Shown: positions 34,378 to 44,817, counted from the stretch's first letter. The stretch is DNA of 64,000 nt from Myxococcota bacterium (GCA_050618075.1 JBNLVL010000004.1:166750-230749); one strand, 5' to 3'. Translations and numbers: made by a program. The notes: generated by a model not told the origin, from the sequence alone.

Positions 34378-35247
34378 TTGCTGAAGCGCGTCGATCGATT
34401 GCAGATGGCCGTGCCCGACCGGGCCGCGGCCGCGAGGTGCTGGACCGCGCTGCTGGGGGCCGAGCCCGAGGGCGAGGACCGGGTCGCGTCGTTGGGCGCA
34501 CGCCGGACCCGCCTGCGGCTCGGCAACGGCTTCGTGGAGCTGCTCGAGCCCGACGGTGCGGGCCGCGTCGGCGAGGCGGTGGGCCGGCGCGGCGCACACC
34601 TGTTCGCGGCCGGCGCAGCCACCGACGATGTGGAAGCCCTCGTCGCCCACCTGCGCGGCCGGGGGATCGAGTGCGCGGAGGAAGCGGGCCAGGCCTTCGT
34701 CGACCCGGCCTCGGCGGGACGGGTGGGGTTTCGCGTGGTCATCAGTCGCGACGAAGAGCTCGCGAAGATCGGGGACGTCGACTTCTTCTACGAGACCACG
34801 CTGCTCGTCGACGACGCCCAGGCCGCCGCCCGGTGCTGTGCCGACCTGTTCGCCCTCGACCCCGGGGCCTTCGTGCCGATCGAGTCGAAGCAGTACGGCT
34901 ATGCCGGCGTGCTCACGCTCTTCGACCCCGAGCGCCTGGGACGCTTCGAGGTGATCACGCCCCACGATCTGCAGAAGACCATGGGGCGATTCTTCTCCCG
35001 GTTCGGCGAGTCGTTCTACATGGCCTTCGCCGAGTCGAGCGACCTGGCCACGATCGAGGCCCGGGCGCGCGAGCAGGGCGCGGGGCACACCTCGGAGCCC
35101 CCGCCCGACGGCCGCAGGGGCGCGGCGGACACGGTCTTCCTCCACCCTCCCGCCCTCGGAGGCATGATGCTCGGGCTCTCGCGCCCGACCCAGGCGTGGC
35201 AGTGGTCCGGACACCCCGAGCGCGTGGAGCCCCGACCGGGGGCGTGA
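34378..35247 (+). CDS. VOC/glyoxalase-like protein (two-domain)
   Basis: VDRLQMAVPD...VELLEP and a second repeat FEVITP...FFSRFGES. Confidence 0.78.
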   Translation: MLKRVDRLQMAVPDRAAAARCWTALLGAEPEGEDRVASLGARRTRLRLGNGFVELLEPDGAGRVGEAVGRRGAHLFAAGAATDDVEALVAHLRGRGIECAEEAGQAFVDPASAGRVGFRVVISRDEELAKIGDVDFFYETTLLVDDAQAAARCCADLFALDPGAFVPIESKQYGYAGVLTLFDPERLGRFEVITPHDLQKTMGRFFSRFGESFYMAFAESSDLATIEARAREQGAGHTSEPPPDGRRGAADTVFLHPPALGGMMLGLSRPTQAWQWSGHPERVEPRPGA

Positions 35248-35301
35248 GCCGGTGTCGGGCTGCGTACCGAACGAGACGCCCGCGATGACGACGGAGACCC
35301 C

Positions 35302-36624
35302 GTGAGCGACGACGGCCCCATCACCTCGCCGCTCCGGCGTCTGGTCAAGCTGGGCGGCCTCGTGGGCCGGGTCGGGACCTCGGTGGCCACGTCCCGCGCC
35401 CTCGACTTCGTGCGCTCGGACACCGCGAAGCAGATCCACACCACCGAGAACCTGGTCCGGAACGCCGTCCGGATCGTCGAGACCCTGGGCGAGCTGAAGG
35501 GCGCCGCCATGAAGGTGGGCCAGATGCTGAGCCTGCACGAGGGCCTGCTTCCGCGGGAGGTGTCCGAGGTGCTTCGGGCACTCCAACGGGAGGCGCCGCG
35601 CGTTCCGTCGGAGGTGATGCGCTTCGAGGTCGAGGGATCCCTGGGCGGCCGCATCGACGACCTCTTCCAGAGCTTCGACGAAGAGGCGTTCGCCGCGGCC
35701 TCGATCGGCCAGGTGCACCGGGCGCGGCTCGCCGACGGAAGCCCGGTGGCGGTGAAGGTGCAGTACCCGGCGATCGACCAGATCATCAAGGCCGACCTCG
35801 GCAATCTGCGCCGACTGTTCCGGGCGATCTTCGCCCTGATCACCGACGTGGACTTCGAGCCGGTCTGGGAGGAGGTCCGCGACCGGCTCCTCGAAGAGCT
35901 CGACTACCGGAACGAGGCCGAGAACATGCGGCGCATGGCGGCGCTCCACGAGGGAGTTCCGGAGATCGTCGTGCCCCGGGTGATCGAGGACCGCAGCAGC
36001 GACCGCATCCTCACCATGGAGTTCATCGAGGGCATCCCGCCCGACGAGGCCTGCTCCGACGAGTACCCCCAGGATCTGAAGGACCTCTGGGGAAGGACGC
36101 TCTTCGAGTTCCAGGTGCGCGGGCTGTTCGAGCACCGCTTCCTGCACGCCGACCCGAACCTCGCCAACTTCGCCTTCCTGGAGGACGGGAGCGTCGTCGT
36201 CTACGACTTCGGCTGCGTGAAGCGCGTGCCCGACGAAGTGCTCCACGGCTTCGCGACACTCTTCCGCACCGTGCGCGAAGGTCACCGCGAGCAGGTGCCG
36301 CGCGTCCTGCTCGAGATGGGCATCTACAAGGAGGGCGAATCGCGCGCGCCGCTGCCCCTGGATCTCACGACCCCCTACGTGGACATCTTCGTGGACCTGC
36401 TCCGCGACGAGCCGGTCTATCGGTTCGGTGACGACGCGGAGTTCTACGACAGGCTGATCGCCCTCGGCATGGCGAACTGGTCGAAGGCCACGGACATCAG
36501 CTTCCCCGAGGACATCGTCTTCATCGATCGGTCCCTGTCGGGCCACCTGGGGAACCTCACGCGCCTGCGCGCCGCCGGACCCTGGGGAGAGATCGTCGAG
36601 CGCTACGTCGGTCGCGTTCAATAG
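35302..36624 (+). CDS. ABC1/UbiB/AarF family atypical kinase
   Basis: KGAAMKVGQ, AAASIGQVH, VAVKVQYP, ELDY, HADPNLAN, DFG. Confidence 0.93.
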   Translation: MSDDGPITSPLRRLVKLGGLVGRVGTSVATSRALDFVRSDTAKQIHTTENLVRNAVRIVETLGELKGAAMKVGQMLSLHEGLLPREVSEVLRALQREAPRVPSEVMRFEVEGSLGGRIDDLFQSFDEEAFAAASIGQVHRARLADGSPVAVKVQYPAIDQIIKADLGNLRRLFRAIFALITDVDFEPVWEEVRDRLLEELDYRNEAENMRRMAALHEGVPEIVVPRVIEDRSSDRILTMEFIEGIPPDEACSDEYPQDLKDLWGRTLFEFQVRGLFEHRFLHADPNLANFAFLEDGSVVVYDFGCVKRVPDEVLHGFATLFRTVREGHREQVPRVLLEMGIYKEGESRAPLPLDLTTPYVDIFVDLLRDEPVYRFGDDAEFYDRLIALGMANWSKATDISFPEDIVFIDRSLSGHLGNLTRLRAAGPWGEIVERYVGRVQ

Positions 36625-36748
36625 GCCCCGACGGCGCTCCTCTCGCTTCCGATCGCGCCTGCTAGAATGGACGGACGGTCCCGGCCCAGACGGACCGGGC
36701 GACCCGATGCGACTCCGCTGCGTCGATGGACGTCGAGAGGAGGACACG

Positions 36749-36895
36749 ATGGCCTGTGCACGCAAGGGCTGTAGCTGTCCGATGGGCGACAACACCTTCG
36801 AGTACGAGGGCAAGGTCTACTGCTGCGAGAAGTGCGCCAAGGTCTGCCGCGACGACCACTGCGAGTGCGGCCCCGGCGACCGCTCGGGCGGGTGA
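36749..36895 (+). CDS. Prokaryotic metallothionein (SmtA/BmtA-like), 48 aa
   Basis: MACARKGCSC...KVYCCEKCA...CRDDHCEC, 9 Cys + 1 His. GAGGAGG RBS; TAGAAT at 36663. Confidence 0.8.
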   Translation: MACARKGCSCPMGDNTFEYEGKVYCCEKCAKVCRDDHCECGPGDRSGG

Positions 36896-36995
36896 TCCGA
36901 AGGACGGGTCGCGACTCGATCCGGGTCGACGAGAAGATCCGGCTCGCCGGGACCGTCTCGGCCGGCGACCTGCTTCGCGCCGTCCACGAACCGAA

Positions 36996-38084
36996 GTGAG
37001 AGCCAACGCGCCGGACACGACCGCGACGGACGACGACCGACGTGCCCGGGCGAGCGCTCGCGACCCGCGCGGCACCGGGTGGGCGCGCAGCTGGGAGTGG
37101 CGCGCGGTCACGCGCCTGCGTCTTCCCCCGGCGCTGGCGGGCCTGCTCCTGTTCTCGGTTCTGGTGCTCGTCTACGCCCTGGCGGAGAGGCTCTTCGGTG
37201 TCGTGGACTCCGGCCCGACCCGGTTCGCCGGCCCCCTCTCGGAGAGCCAGATCGGGTTCACCGTGGGCGCGGCCGTGGCCGGCTATTCGCTGGCGGCGGG
37301 CGCCGCGATCGCCGCGGGCAACGCGGTCGACGTCGCGAAGCTCCGCACGGGTGGCGCACTGCGCGGTCCGCCGGGCCCCGCCCTCCGCGCAGGACGGGTG
37401 GTCGGCGCAATCGGCCTGCTCGCAGCCTTCGTCTTCATGTTCTTCGCGGACGAGTCGGCGATGGACCTGCTGACCGGACGCCACATCAGCTCCGACGGCT
37501 TCTTCTCCGTGGGGGTGCTGCTGCTCGCCTTCTGGCTCGCGAGCCGCGCCAGCTGGTTCACCCTGGCCGACCTCGCCAACGTGGCGCGGACCCTGGGGCG
37601 CGGCGACCCCCTCGATCCGCTCGACAGCATCGAGCTCGAGCCGCTGGGCCGCATGGCGCTTCGCGCGGCCGTGCTCTGGGCGGGCGCCGCAGCCCTGGGC
37701 TCGCTCTCGCTCGTGCTGACCCGGGGGAGCCTCGCCGAGCTCGTGGCCCTGGGCTTCCTGCTCGCAGTCGCAGCGGGCTCGTTCTGGATTCCCGTACGGG
37801 GTGTCCACGCGAACCTGCGCGCGGCGAAGCGCACCGAGCTCGACCGGGTTCGGGGCGAGATCCGCCGGGACCGCGAGGCCGTCGCCGCCCTCGGCCCCGA
37901 CTCCGCCGCTGCAGCCCGGCGCCTCCCCGGACTCCTCGCCTTCGAGGCGCGGGTGGAGTCGGCGCGCGAGTGGCCCTTCGACGCGTCCACACTCCGCCGC
38001 TTCGGGATCATCCTGCTGCTCCCGCTGCTCTCCTGGCTCGGCGGGGCGCTGGTCGAGCGCGCCGTGGACCGCCTGCTCGACTGA
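36996..38084 (+). CDS. Hypothetical integral membrane protein
   Basis: About 7 hydrophobic segments; C-terminal EWPFD...PLLSWLGGALVE. Start uncertain. Confidence 0.7.
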   Translation: MRANAPDTTATDDDRRARASARDPRGTGWARSWEWRAVTRLRLPPALAGLLLFSVLVLVYALAERLFGVVDSGPTRFAGPLSESQIGFTVGAAVAGYSLAAGAAIAAGNAVDVAKLRTGGALRGPPGPALRAGRVVGAIGLLAAFVFMFFADESAMDLLTGRHISSDGFFSVGVLLLAFWLASRASWFTLADLANVARTLGRGDPLDPLDSIELEPLGRMALRAAVLWAGAAALGSLSLVLTRGSLAELVALGFLLAVAAGSFWIPVRGVHANLRAAKRTELDRVRGEIRRDREAVAALGPDSAAAARRLPGLLAFEARVESAREWPFDASTLRRFGIILLLPLLSWLGGALVERAVDRLLD

Positions 38085-38158
38085 GCGCCGGCCTCCGACG
38101 CGGGCCTGCGCGATGTCCTCGCGGGCTCGCGCGACGCGCAGAGGCGCCGGGCGGATGC

Positions 38159-39571
38159 CTACCCAGGCGCCCCGTCCGGACCGTCGGGCAGCCAGTTGGC
38201 GTGGAACCCGATGGGGACCCGTCGCGGCATGTGGATCTGCGCGACCGGTCCGGCCTCCAGGTCGCGCGCGTCGAGCAGCACGACCTTCGATCGCATGGTC
38301 TCGCGATCGGAGACGTGGGTCATGAGCCAGCCGTCGTCCTCGGCCCGGGCGCCGGGCCTGGGGACGAACACGTGCTCGCCGCACACCTCGTTGCGGCCGT
38401 GGGCGAAGACGGTCGATCCGCCCGTCTCCAGGTCGTACTTCACGACGCCGTCGAAGTCGAACTCGAACTCCCAGCTGCGGGCGGTGGTGTCGTACTGGTA
38501 GCGGTGTCTGCGACAGGCGCGCTCGTCGTTGACCCGCGGAAACTCGCCCGGGCGATCGTCGGTCTGCTCGGACTTCACGCTTCCGGCGGACAGGTCGATC
38601 TGGAACCGCCGGGGGTACGGCTCTTCGGTCTGGCTCGGGTCGTCGAACTGGAGCCCGCCGGGCATCGAGGCGAATGACGGCGCGTGGATCTCGATCCGGT
38701 CACCCTCGTCCCAGGCGTTGAAGAAGTGGACCACGTAGCAGGGGTCCACCTCGAACCACCGGACCTCGTCGGCGCGCCCGAAGCGCGGAATCACACCCAG
38801 CCGCGTGCCCTTCTCCGGCTCCCAGCGCATGGCGGGTCCGTCCTGCATCATGGCCTCGACGTCGAAGATCGCCGGCGAATCGAGGAAGACCGTGTAGTTC
38901 TCGGTGGCCACGAAGTCGTGCATCATCACCGGGTTGGGGATGTCGATCACCTCGTGGTGGACCATCCGGCCCGAGCGGTCGACCACGTAGTACTGGAGAA
39001 AGGGCGGCACCGGGCTGTAGCCGAAGAAGACCAGGTCTCCGGTGACCGGATCGATCTTCGGATGGGCCGTCATCGCCCCGGGCAGCGCGCCGCCGAAGTC
39101 GTACTCGCCCAGGGTCTCGAGGTCGCGGCTGAGCTCGGTGGGCCGGCCCGCCTCCATCAGGGCGAAGTAGTGGCCGTCGTGGCGGACGAAGTGCGTGTTG
39201 GCGGTGTTCTTCATGAAGCCCGCCTCTTCGATCACGTCCTCGGGCGGCATGCTGAACTTCGAGAGGCTCCCGAAGCAGGCGCGGCCGCGCTTGCGCTCGG
39301 CCAGCAGACCCTTCGATTCGATCCAGCGGTTGCGGTAGCGGACCTCGCCATCGGCGAGGTAGAGGGCGTGCACCATGCCGTCGCCGTCGAAGGGGTGGTA
39401 GGCGTCCTTGGGCGCGAACCGGGGATTGGGACCGTTGCGCACGAAGAGCCCGCGGAGCTCGCCCGGCAGCTCGCCCTCCACCTCCAGGCCGACGTCGTCG
39501 CGCTCGTCGAGGACCGGCGCCATCAGGCCGGAGAGGAAGGGGTTCTCGGTCGAAGTCGGATCGGCACTCAT
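38159..39571 (-). CDS. Carotenoid oxygenase (RPE65/lignostilbene dioxygenase) family protein
   Basis: RNGPNP, FDGDGM and four Fe-ligand His (TAHPK, MMHDF, VVHFFN, GFHANW), EFPR. Confidence 0.93.
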   Translation of the reverse strand: MSADPTSTENPFLSGLMAPVLDERDDVGLEVEGELPGELRGLFVRNGPNPRFAPKDAYHPFDGDGMVHALYLADGEVRYRNRWIESKGLLAERKRGRACFGSLSKFSMPPEDVIEEAGFMKNTANTHFVRHDGHYFALMEAGRPTELSRDLETLGEYDFGGALPGAMTAHPKIDPVTGDLVFFGYSPVPPFLQYYVVDRSGRMVHHEVIDIPNPVMMHDFVATENYTVFLDSPAIFDVEAMMQDGPAMRWEPEKGTRLGVIPRFGRADEVRWFEVDPCYVVHFFNAWDEGDRIEIHAPSFASMPGGLQFDDPSQTEEPYPRRFQIDLSAGSVKSEQTDDRPGEFPRVNDERACRRHRYQYDTTARSWEFEFDFDGVVKYDLETGGSTVFAHGRNEVCGEHVFVPRPGARAEDDGWLMTHVSDRETMRSKVVLLDARDLEAGPVAQIHMPRRVPIGFHANWLPDGPDGAPG

Positions 39572-39675
39572 CGCGTTCCCCCAGGATCGTCGGGCAGGCC
39601 CGGTGGCCTATCCTACAGCAGGTGAGACGGCCCGATGGGGCCGATGGAGCCGGCGGGGCCGGCGGGGAGGACGAA

Positions 39676-40308
39676 GTGGTAGAAGCGGTGGAAGCAGCGA
39701 GATTCTGGGACGTGCGCGCGGACAAGTACGCGAAGCGGCCCGTCAAGGACGAGCAGAGCTACCGCTGGACCCTGGACCGGACCCGGAGCCACCTGTCCGC
39801 CGGCGACGAGGTGCTGGAGGTGGGGTGCGGAACCGGGACCACCGCGCTCGGGCTGGCCGCGAGCGTGGGGCGAATCACCGCCAGCGACGTCTCCTCCCGC
39901 ATGGTGGAGATCGCCTCGGAGAAGGCCGCCACCCAGAAGGTGGAGAACGTCCGCTTCGTGAACGCCACGCTGTTCGACGACGCGCTCGGGGAGCACCCCT
40001 TCGACGCGGTCCTCGCCTTCAATCTCCTGCACCTGCTCGAGGACCTCCCGGGCGCCGTCCGCAGGGTCCACCGGCTGTTGAAGCCCGGCGGCCTCTTCAT
40101 CTCCAAGACCGTGTGTCTGGCGGAGCAGAGCCGTCTCTGGGGCGTCCCGCTGGCGGCCATGCGGCTGCTGGGACTGGCCCCCTACGTCCGCTGCCTCACG
40201 ATCGCCGAGCTCGAGGAGGTGGTCACCGGCGCGGGCTTCGAGATCCTCGAGACCGGCGACCGACCGCCCTCCCCGCCCAGCCACTTCGTCGTCGCCCGCA
40301 GCTCCTGA
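39676..40308 (+). CDS. Class I SAM-dependent methyltransferase
   Basis: VLEVGCGTG, D.S..M, FDAVLAFNLLHL, LKPGG. GGGGAGG RBS before GTG. Confidence 0.9.
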   Translation: MVEAVEAARFWDVRADKYAKRPVKDEQSYRWTLDRTRSHLSAGDEVLEVGCGTGTTALGLAASVGRITASDVSSRMVEIASEKAATQKVENVRFVNATLFDDALGEHPFDAVLAFNLLHLLEDLPGAVRRVHRLLKPGGLFISKTVCLAEQSRLWGVPLAAMRLLGLAPYVRCLTIAELEEVVTGAGFEILETGDRPPSPPSHFVVARSS

Positions 40309-40400
40309 GGGGCGCCTCCCCGGGCGAGGCCGACGCCCGGTGTGGAATCGCGTTAGGATCTGGGTGCGCGGGCGCCTTCTGCCCGAGCGGGAGACCGCCC

Positions 40401-41687
40401 ATGGCTGAATCGATCGAGAACCCCTTCCCCTCGAAGGGCCAGGCCGGCGCCGACCCCGATTCCATCCCCCTCGACCGGATCGACGTCTCCGATGCCGAGC
40501 TCTTCGAGACCGATACGCTCTGGGGCTACTTCGAACGCCTGCGCAAGGAGGACCCGGTCCACTACTGCGCCGACAGCGAGTTCGGCCCCTACTGGTCGGT
40601 GACGAAGTTCGATGACGTCGTCTACGTCGAGAAGAACCCCGAGATCTTCTCCTCCGAGCCCACCATCGTGATCTTCGACGCGGACCCGGAGTTCCCCCTC
40701 AACCCGGGCTTCATCGCGATGGACGGAGCCCGGCACGCCGCCCATCGCAACACCGTCCAGCCGGTCGCTTCGCCGCGCAACCTCAGGCGCCTCGAGCCCC
40801 TGATCCGCGAGCGGGTGGTCGAGATCCTCGAGGGGCTGCCCGTCGGCGAGACCTTCGACTGGGTCGACCGGGTCTCCATCGAGCTCACCACCGGCATGCT
40901 CGCCACGATGTTCGACTTCCCCTGGGAGGAGCGCCGGAAGCTCACCTACTGGTCCGACGTGGCCACCATGGGCGACGAGCAGCTGGCCGAGATCGGGAAG
41001 ACGCCCGAGGACCGGCAGACCATCCTGCTCGAGTGCCTGGACTACTTCAAGGACCTCTGGAACCAGCGGGCCAACCGGCCCGACGACGGCGAGCTCGACT
41101 TCATCTCGGCGCTGGCGAACTCGGAGGCCACGAAGGACGTCGCGCCCGACGTCTCGCCGCTGGAGTACCTGGGCACGCTCATCCTGCTGATCGTCGGCGG
41201 CAACGACACCACCCGCAACTCCATCTCGGGCGGTGTGCTGGCGCTCAACGAGAATCCGGCCGAGTACGAGAAGCTGCGGAACGACCCGGGCCTCATCCCC
41301 AACATGGTGAACGAGATCATCCGCTGGCAGACGCCGCTGGCGCACATGCGCCGCACCGCGACCCGGGACACCGAGCTCGGCGGAAAGAAGATCTCGAAGG
41401 GCGACAAGGTCGTCATGTGGTACGTGTCGGCGAACCGCGACGAGACGGTCATCCCGCGCGCCAACGAGTTCCTGATCGACCGCCCGAACTCGAAGCAGCA
41501 CCTCTCCTTCGGCTGGGGCGTCCACTTCTGCATGGGGAGCCGGCTCGCGGAGATGCAGCTGCGCGTCCTGTGGGAGGAGATCACGAAGCGCTTCCGCTTC
41601 GTCGAAGTCGTGGGCGAGCCCGTGCGCGTGAAGTCCCCCTTCGTGAAGGGCTTCGCCGAGCTCCCCGTGCGCGTGCACCCCGTGTAG
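40401..41687 (+). CDS. Cytochrome P450, CYP153-like
   Basis: GPYWSVTK, FIAMD, VSIELTT, LLIVGGNDTTRNS, EIIRWQTP, HLSFGWGVHFCMG. Confidence 0.92.
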   Translation: MAESIENPFPSKGQAGADPDSIPLDRIDVSDAELFETDTLWGYFERLRKEDPVHYCADSEFGPYWSVTKFDDVVYVEKNPEIFSSEPTIVIFDADPEFPLNPGFIAMDGARHAAHRNTVQPVASPRNLRRLEPLIRERVVEILEGLPVGETFDWVDRVSIELTTGMLATMFDFPWEERRKLTYWSDVATMGDEQLAEIGKTPEDRQTILLECLDYFKDLWNQRANRPDDGELDFISALANSEATKDVAPDVSPLEYLGTLILLIVGGNDTTRNSISGGVLALNENPAEYEKLRNDPGLIPNMVNEIIRWQTPLAHMRRTATRDTELGGKKISKGDKVVMWYVSANRDETVIPRANEFLIDRPNSKQHLSFGWGVHFCMGSRLAEMQLRVLWEEITKRFRFVEVVGEPVRVKSPFVKGFAELPVRVHPV

Positions 41688-41720
41688 TCACCCGCTCCTC
41701 GCCCGCCTCGGACCCGATCG

Positions 41721-44700
41721 ATGATCTACGTCTTCGGCGACTTCGAACTGGACGACCGACTGTTCCAGCTCCGCCGTTGCGGCGAGCCGTTGAGGGTGGA
41801 GCCGCGGGTCCTGGACCTGCTGCTCTTTCTCGTTCGCAACCCGGACCGCGTGGTCTCGCGAGACGAGCTCACGGCCGAGGTCTGGGAGGGGGTCGCGCTC
41901 GGGGAGTCCGCGATCCCGACCGCCGTGAACGCGCTCCGCAAGGTCCTGGCCGCCGCCGGTGACGAGGCACCGATCAAGACCGTCTACGGCCGCGGCTATC
42001 GCTTCTGCGCACCGGTCGCGGTCCGCGACGAGCAGGCTCCGGCCCGGGCCGGGCCGGGGCCGTCGGGCGGGGCGCAGGACGTCTTCATCGGGCGGCGCCC
42101 CGCGCTGGCCCGGCTGGGCGCAGCCCTCGAGCGCGCCCAGGACGGGCGCGGCGGGCTCTGCCTGCTGGTCGGCGAGCCGGGCATCGGCAAGACCCGGACC
42201 GCCGAACACATCGCCGGGCAGGCGCGCGCCCGGGGCTTTTGGACGGGAACCGGACGCTGCCCGGAAGAGGAGGGCGAGCCTCCGTATTGGACCTGGGCGC
42301 GTGCGCTGCGGCCGCTGCTGGCGACCTGCGATCCGCTGTCCGCGGCCGGGCGGCCTCTCGACCTGAGCGCCCTCGCCCTGCTGCTGCCGGAGGTCCCGGC
42401 GAACGGACCCGCCGGTCCCGAGGACGGCGAGCTGCACCGGTTTCGCATGTTCGACGCGGTCTCGGACTGGCTGGCGGTCGCCTCGAGGTCGACACCGCTC
42501 CTCGTCTTCATCGACGACCTCCAGTGGGCGGACCCGGCCTCCCTCGAGCTGCTGACCTGGGTGGCGCGGGACCTGGCCAGCCAGCGGATCCTGGTGCTCG
42601 CGACCCTGCGCAGCAACGTGCCGGAGGCACCGGCTGCGCTCACCCGGACCCTGGGAGCCATAGCGCGCCTCGACCACGCCGAGCGGATCGAGCTCGAAGG
42701 CCTCGACGAGGAGGAGGTCGGCGAGTTCCTGGACCACGCAGCGGGCTTCGCGGCTCCGGAGCTGGTGCGCGCGCTCCGCGAGCGCAGCGACGGCAACCCG
42801 TTCTTCCTGCGGGAGACCCTGCGGCTGCTGGCAGCCCGCGGCTCCCTCGACGTCGCTGCGACCCAGGAGGACTGGAGCGCGCAGATCCCGCCGGCCGTGC
42901 GCGACGTGGTGCGGGCGCGACTGGCTCCGCTCAGCGAATCGGCCAGCGAGCTTCTCCACCTGGCCGCGGCCGCGGGGCGGGACTTCCCGATCGCGCTGGT
43001 CGCCCAGGCCGCCGGCCGCCCGCGAGAGGACTTCCTGGGCGACCTCGATCGGGCCGTCGCCTCCCAGCTCCTGGTCCCGGTGCCGGGCCAGGCGGGCTGG
43101 CTTCGCTTCGGGCACGCCATCGTGCGCGACACGCTGCTGGCGGAGCTCGCACCGGGCGACCGGGCCACGCGCCACGAGCACATCGCCGACGCGCTCCTCG
43201 CCCAGGGCGGCGACGGACCGGATGCACCCGCCGCGGAGATCGCCCATCACCTGTACGCCGCGGCCGCCCGCGGACGCGCGGCCGAGGCGGCGGACTGGGC
43301 CGAACGCGCCGCGCGCGCCGCGGTCGGACGCTCGGCCTTCGAGGAGGCGGCGGCCCACGCCGCGACCGCCCTGGACGCCCTCGGACACACGTCCGATCCC
43401 TCGCCGGAGCGCAGGCTCGAGCTGTTGCTCCTCCGCGGAGACGCCCAGCTTCGGGCCGGCGACGCGGGCTCCACCCGTGAGACCTTCGCCGCGGCGGCCG
43501 ACCTGGCCCGGAGCCTGGACCGGGTCGACGACTTCATCCGAGCGGCCCTGGGCTACGGCGGCTCGGTTCTCTGGGGCAACACACCCGACGGGTCGGAGCT
43601 CGCGCTGCTCGACGAGGCGGCCCGACGCACCGCCGAGACCGAGCCGGCCCTGCGCGCCAAGCTCCTGGCGCGCCAGATCGCGGTGCGGGCGGGCCCGGGC
43701 TCCCACGAGGAGGAGCGGCCGGCGACGGAAGAGGTGCTGAATGCGGCCCGGGAGTCCGACGACGCGGAGTCGATCTCCGAGGCGCTGCACACCCGCCACT
43801 TCGTACTCCAGGGACCCGATCATCTGGAGGAGCGGGAGGCGCTGGCCCTCGAGATCCTCGAGATCGGCGAGTCCCTCGGCCGCCTGGACCGGACCTTCGC
43901 GATCCGCGAGACCCTGGCCGCCGACCGTCTGATCCGAGGCGACCGCCGGGGCTTCCTGGAGACGCTCGCGTCGGCCGAGCGTGCGGCCCGGGCGTCCCAC
44001 CACCCTGCGTTCCAGTGGCTGTCGACCGCCGCGGGCGCCAGCGCGGCGCTCCTCGAAGGGCGCTTCGCCGACGCCGAGCAGGCCATGGCGGAAGCGGCGG
44101 AGTTCGGCCAGCGCGCTCGCAATCCCCAGGCGCTCGCGCTCAACCTGGGCCAGACCATCGCGCTGCGCCGCGCCCAGGGCCGACTCGAGGAGATCCTCCC
44201 GGTCTACGAGCGCATCGCACCGAGCCTGGAATGGATGGGTCCGTTTCCGCGCGTGACGCTCGCGATGATCTACCAGGAGACCGGGGCGCCCGAAGAGGCC
44301 CGGCGGCTGATCGAGCAGCTGGCGCCGGAGCTGCCCGGACTGTCGAGGCGTGCGGACTGGCTGATCTCCCTGACGGAGCTGGCTCACGTGTGCGCGGGCG
44401 TGGGCGACCGCACCCGAGCGGGACAGCTGGAGGAGCTGCTCCGCCCCCACGCGAAGCGGCACGCCGTCTATCCGGGCCCGTTGCTCTACGCGGGGCCGGT
44501 GTGCCACGCCCTGGCCCGGCTGGCTGCGGTCCGGGACGACCGGGACGCCGCTGGCGCGTGGTTCGAGGACGCGCTGGGCCAGGCGTCGGGGGTCGGAGCG
44601 CGCCCGAGCGCCGCGCGCATCCGCTGCGACTGGGCGGAGATGCTCGGCGGCTCGCCCCGGCCCGAGGATCGGGAGCGCGCCCGGCAGCTCGGCGCCGACG

Positions 44701-44780
44701 CGGCGGCACAAGCGGAAGCCCTCGAAATGACTGGGCTTTCTGCTCGCGCGGCCGCGCTCGCCCGGCGCTCGGGCGCCTGA
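41721..44780 (+). CDS. Transcriptional regulator: N-terminal OmpR/CadC-type winged helix, STAND AAA ATPase, helical/TPR sensor
   Basis: FGDFELD...VVSRDEL..VW...KTVYGRGYRF; Walker A GEPGIGKT; Walker B LVFIDDLQWAD; GNPFF; F.HAIVR; Ala-rich helical C-terminal half. Confidence 0.9.
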   Translation: MIYVFGDFELDDRLFQLRRCGEPLRVEPRVLDLLLFLVRNPDRVVSRDELTAEVWEGVALGESAIPTAVNALRKVLAAAGDEAPIKTVYGRGYRFCAPVAVRDEQAPARAGPGPSGGAQDVFIGRRPALARLGAALERAQDGRGGLCLLVGEPGIGKTRTAEHIAGQARARGFWTGTGRCPEEEGEPPYWTWARALRPLLATCDPLSAAGRPLDLSALALLLPEVPANGPAGPEDGELHRFRMFDAVSDWLAVASRSTPLLVFIDDLQWADPASLELLTWVARDLASQRILVLATLRSNVPEAPAALTRTLGAIARLDHAERIELEGLDEEEVGEFLDHAAGFAAPELVRALRERSDGNPFFLRETLRLLAARGSLDVAATQEDWSAQIPPAVRDVVRARLAPLSESASELLHLAAAAGRDFPIALVAQAAGRPREDFLGDLDRAVASQLLVPVPGQAGWLRFGHAIVRDTLLAELAPGDRATRHEHIADALLAQGGDGPDAPAAEIAHHLYAAAARGRAAEAADWAERAARAAVGRSAFEEAAAHAATALDALGHTSDPSPERRLELLLLRGDAQLRAGDAGSTRETFAAAADLARSLDRVDDFIRAALGYGGSVLWGNTPDGSELALLDEAARRTAETEPALRAKLLARQIAVRAGPGSHEEERPATEEVLNAARESDDAESISEALHTRHFVLQGPDHLEEREALALEILEIGESLGRLDRTFAIRETLAADRLIRGDRRGFLETLASAERAARASHHPAFQWLSTAAGASAALLEGRFADAEQAMAEAAEFGQRARNPQALALNLGQTIALRRAQGRLEEILPVYERIAPSLEWMGPFPRVTLAMIYQETGAPEEARRLIEQLAPELPGLSRRADWLISLTELAHVCAGVGDRTRAGQLEELLRPHAKRHAVYPGPLLYAGPVCHALARLAAVRDDRDAAGAWFEDALGQASGVGARPSAARIRCDWAEMLGGSPRPEDRERARQLGADAAAQAEALEMTGLSARAAALARRSGA

Positions 44781-44817
44781 GGATCTCCCTCCAGGCTTCC
44801 TGAAGAACTCCTGAGGA
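44776..44817 (+). promoter_or_regulatory. Direct-repeat array (CCTGAGG, CCTCCAG, CCTGAAG, CCTGAGG; 11-12 bp period), candidate site for the adjacent wHTH regulator
   Basis: Units at 44776, 44788, 44799 and 44810, about 70 bp upstream of ATG 44885. Confidence 0.55.
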
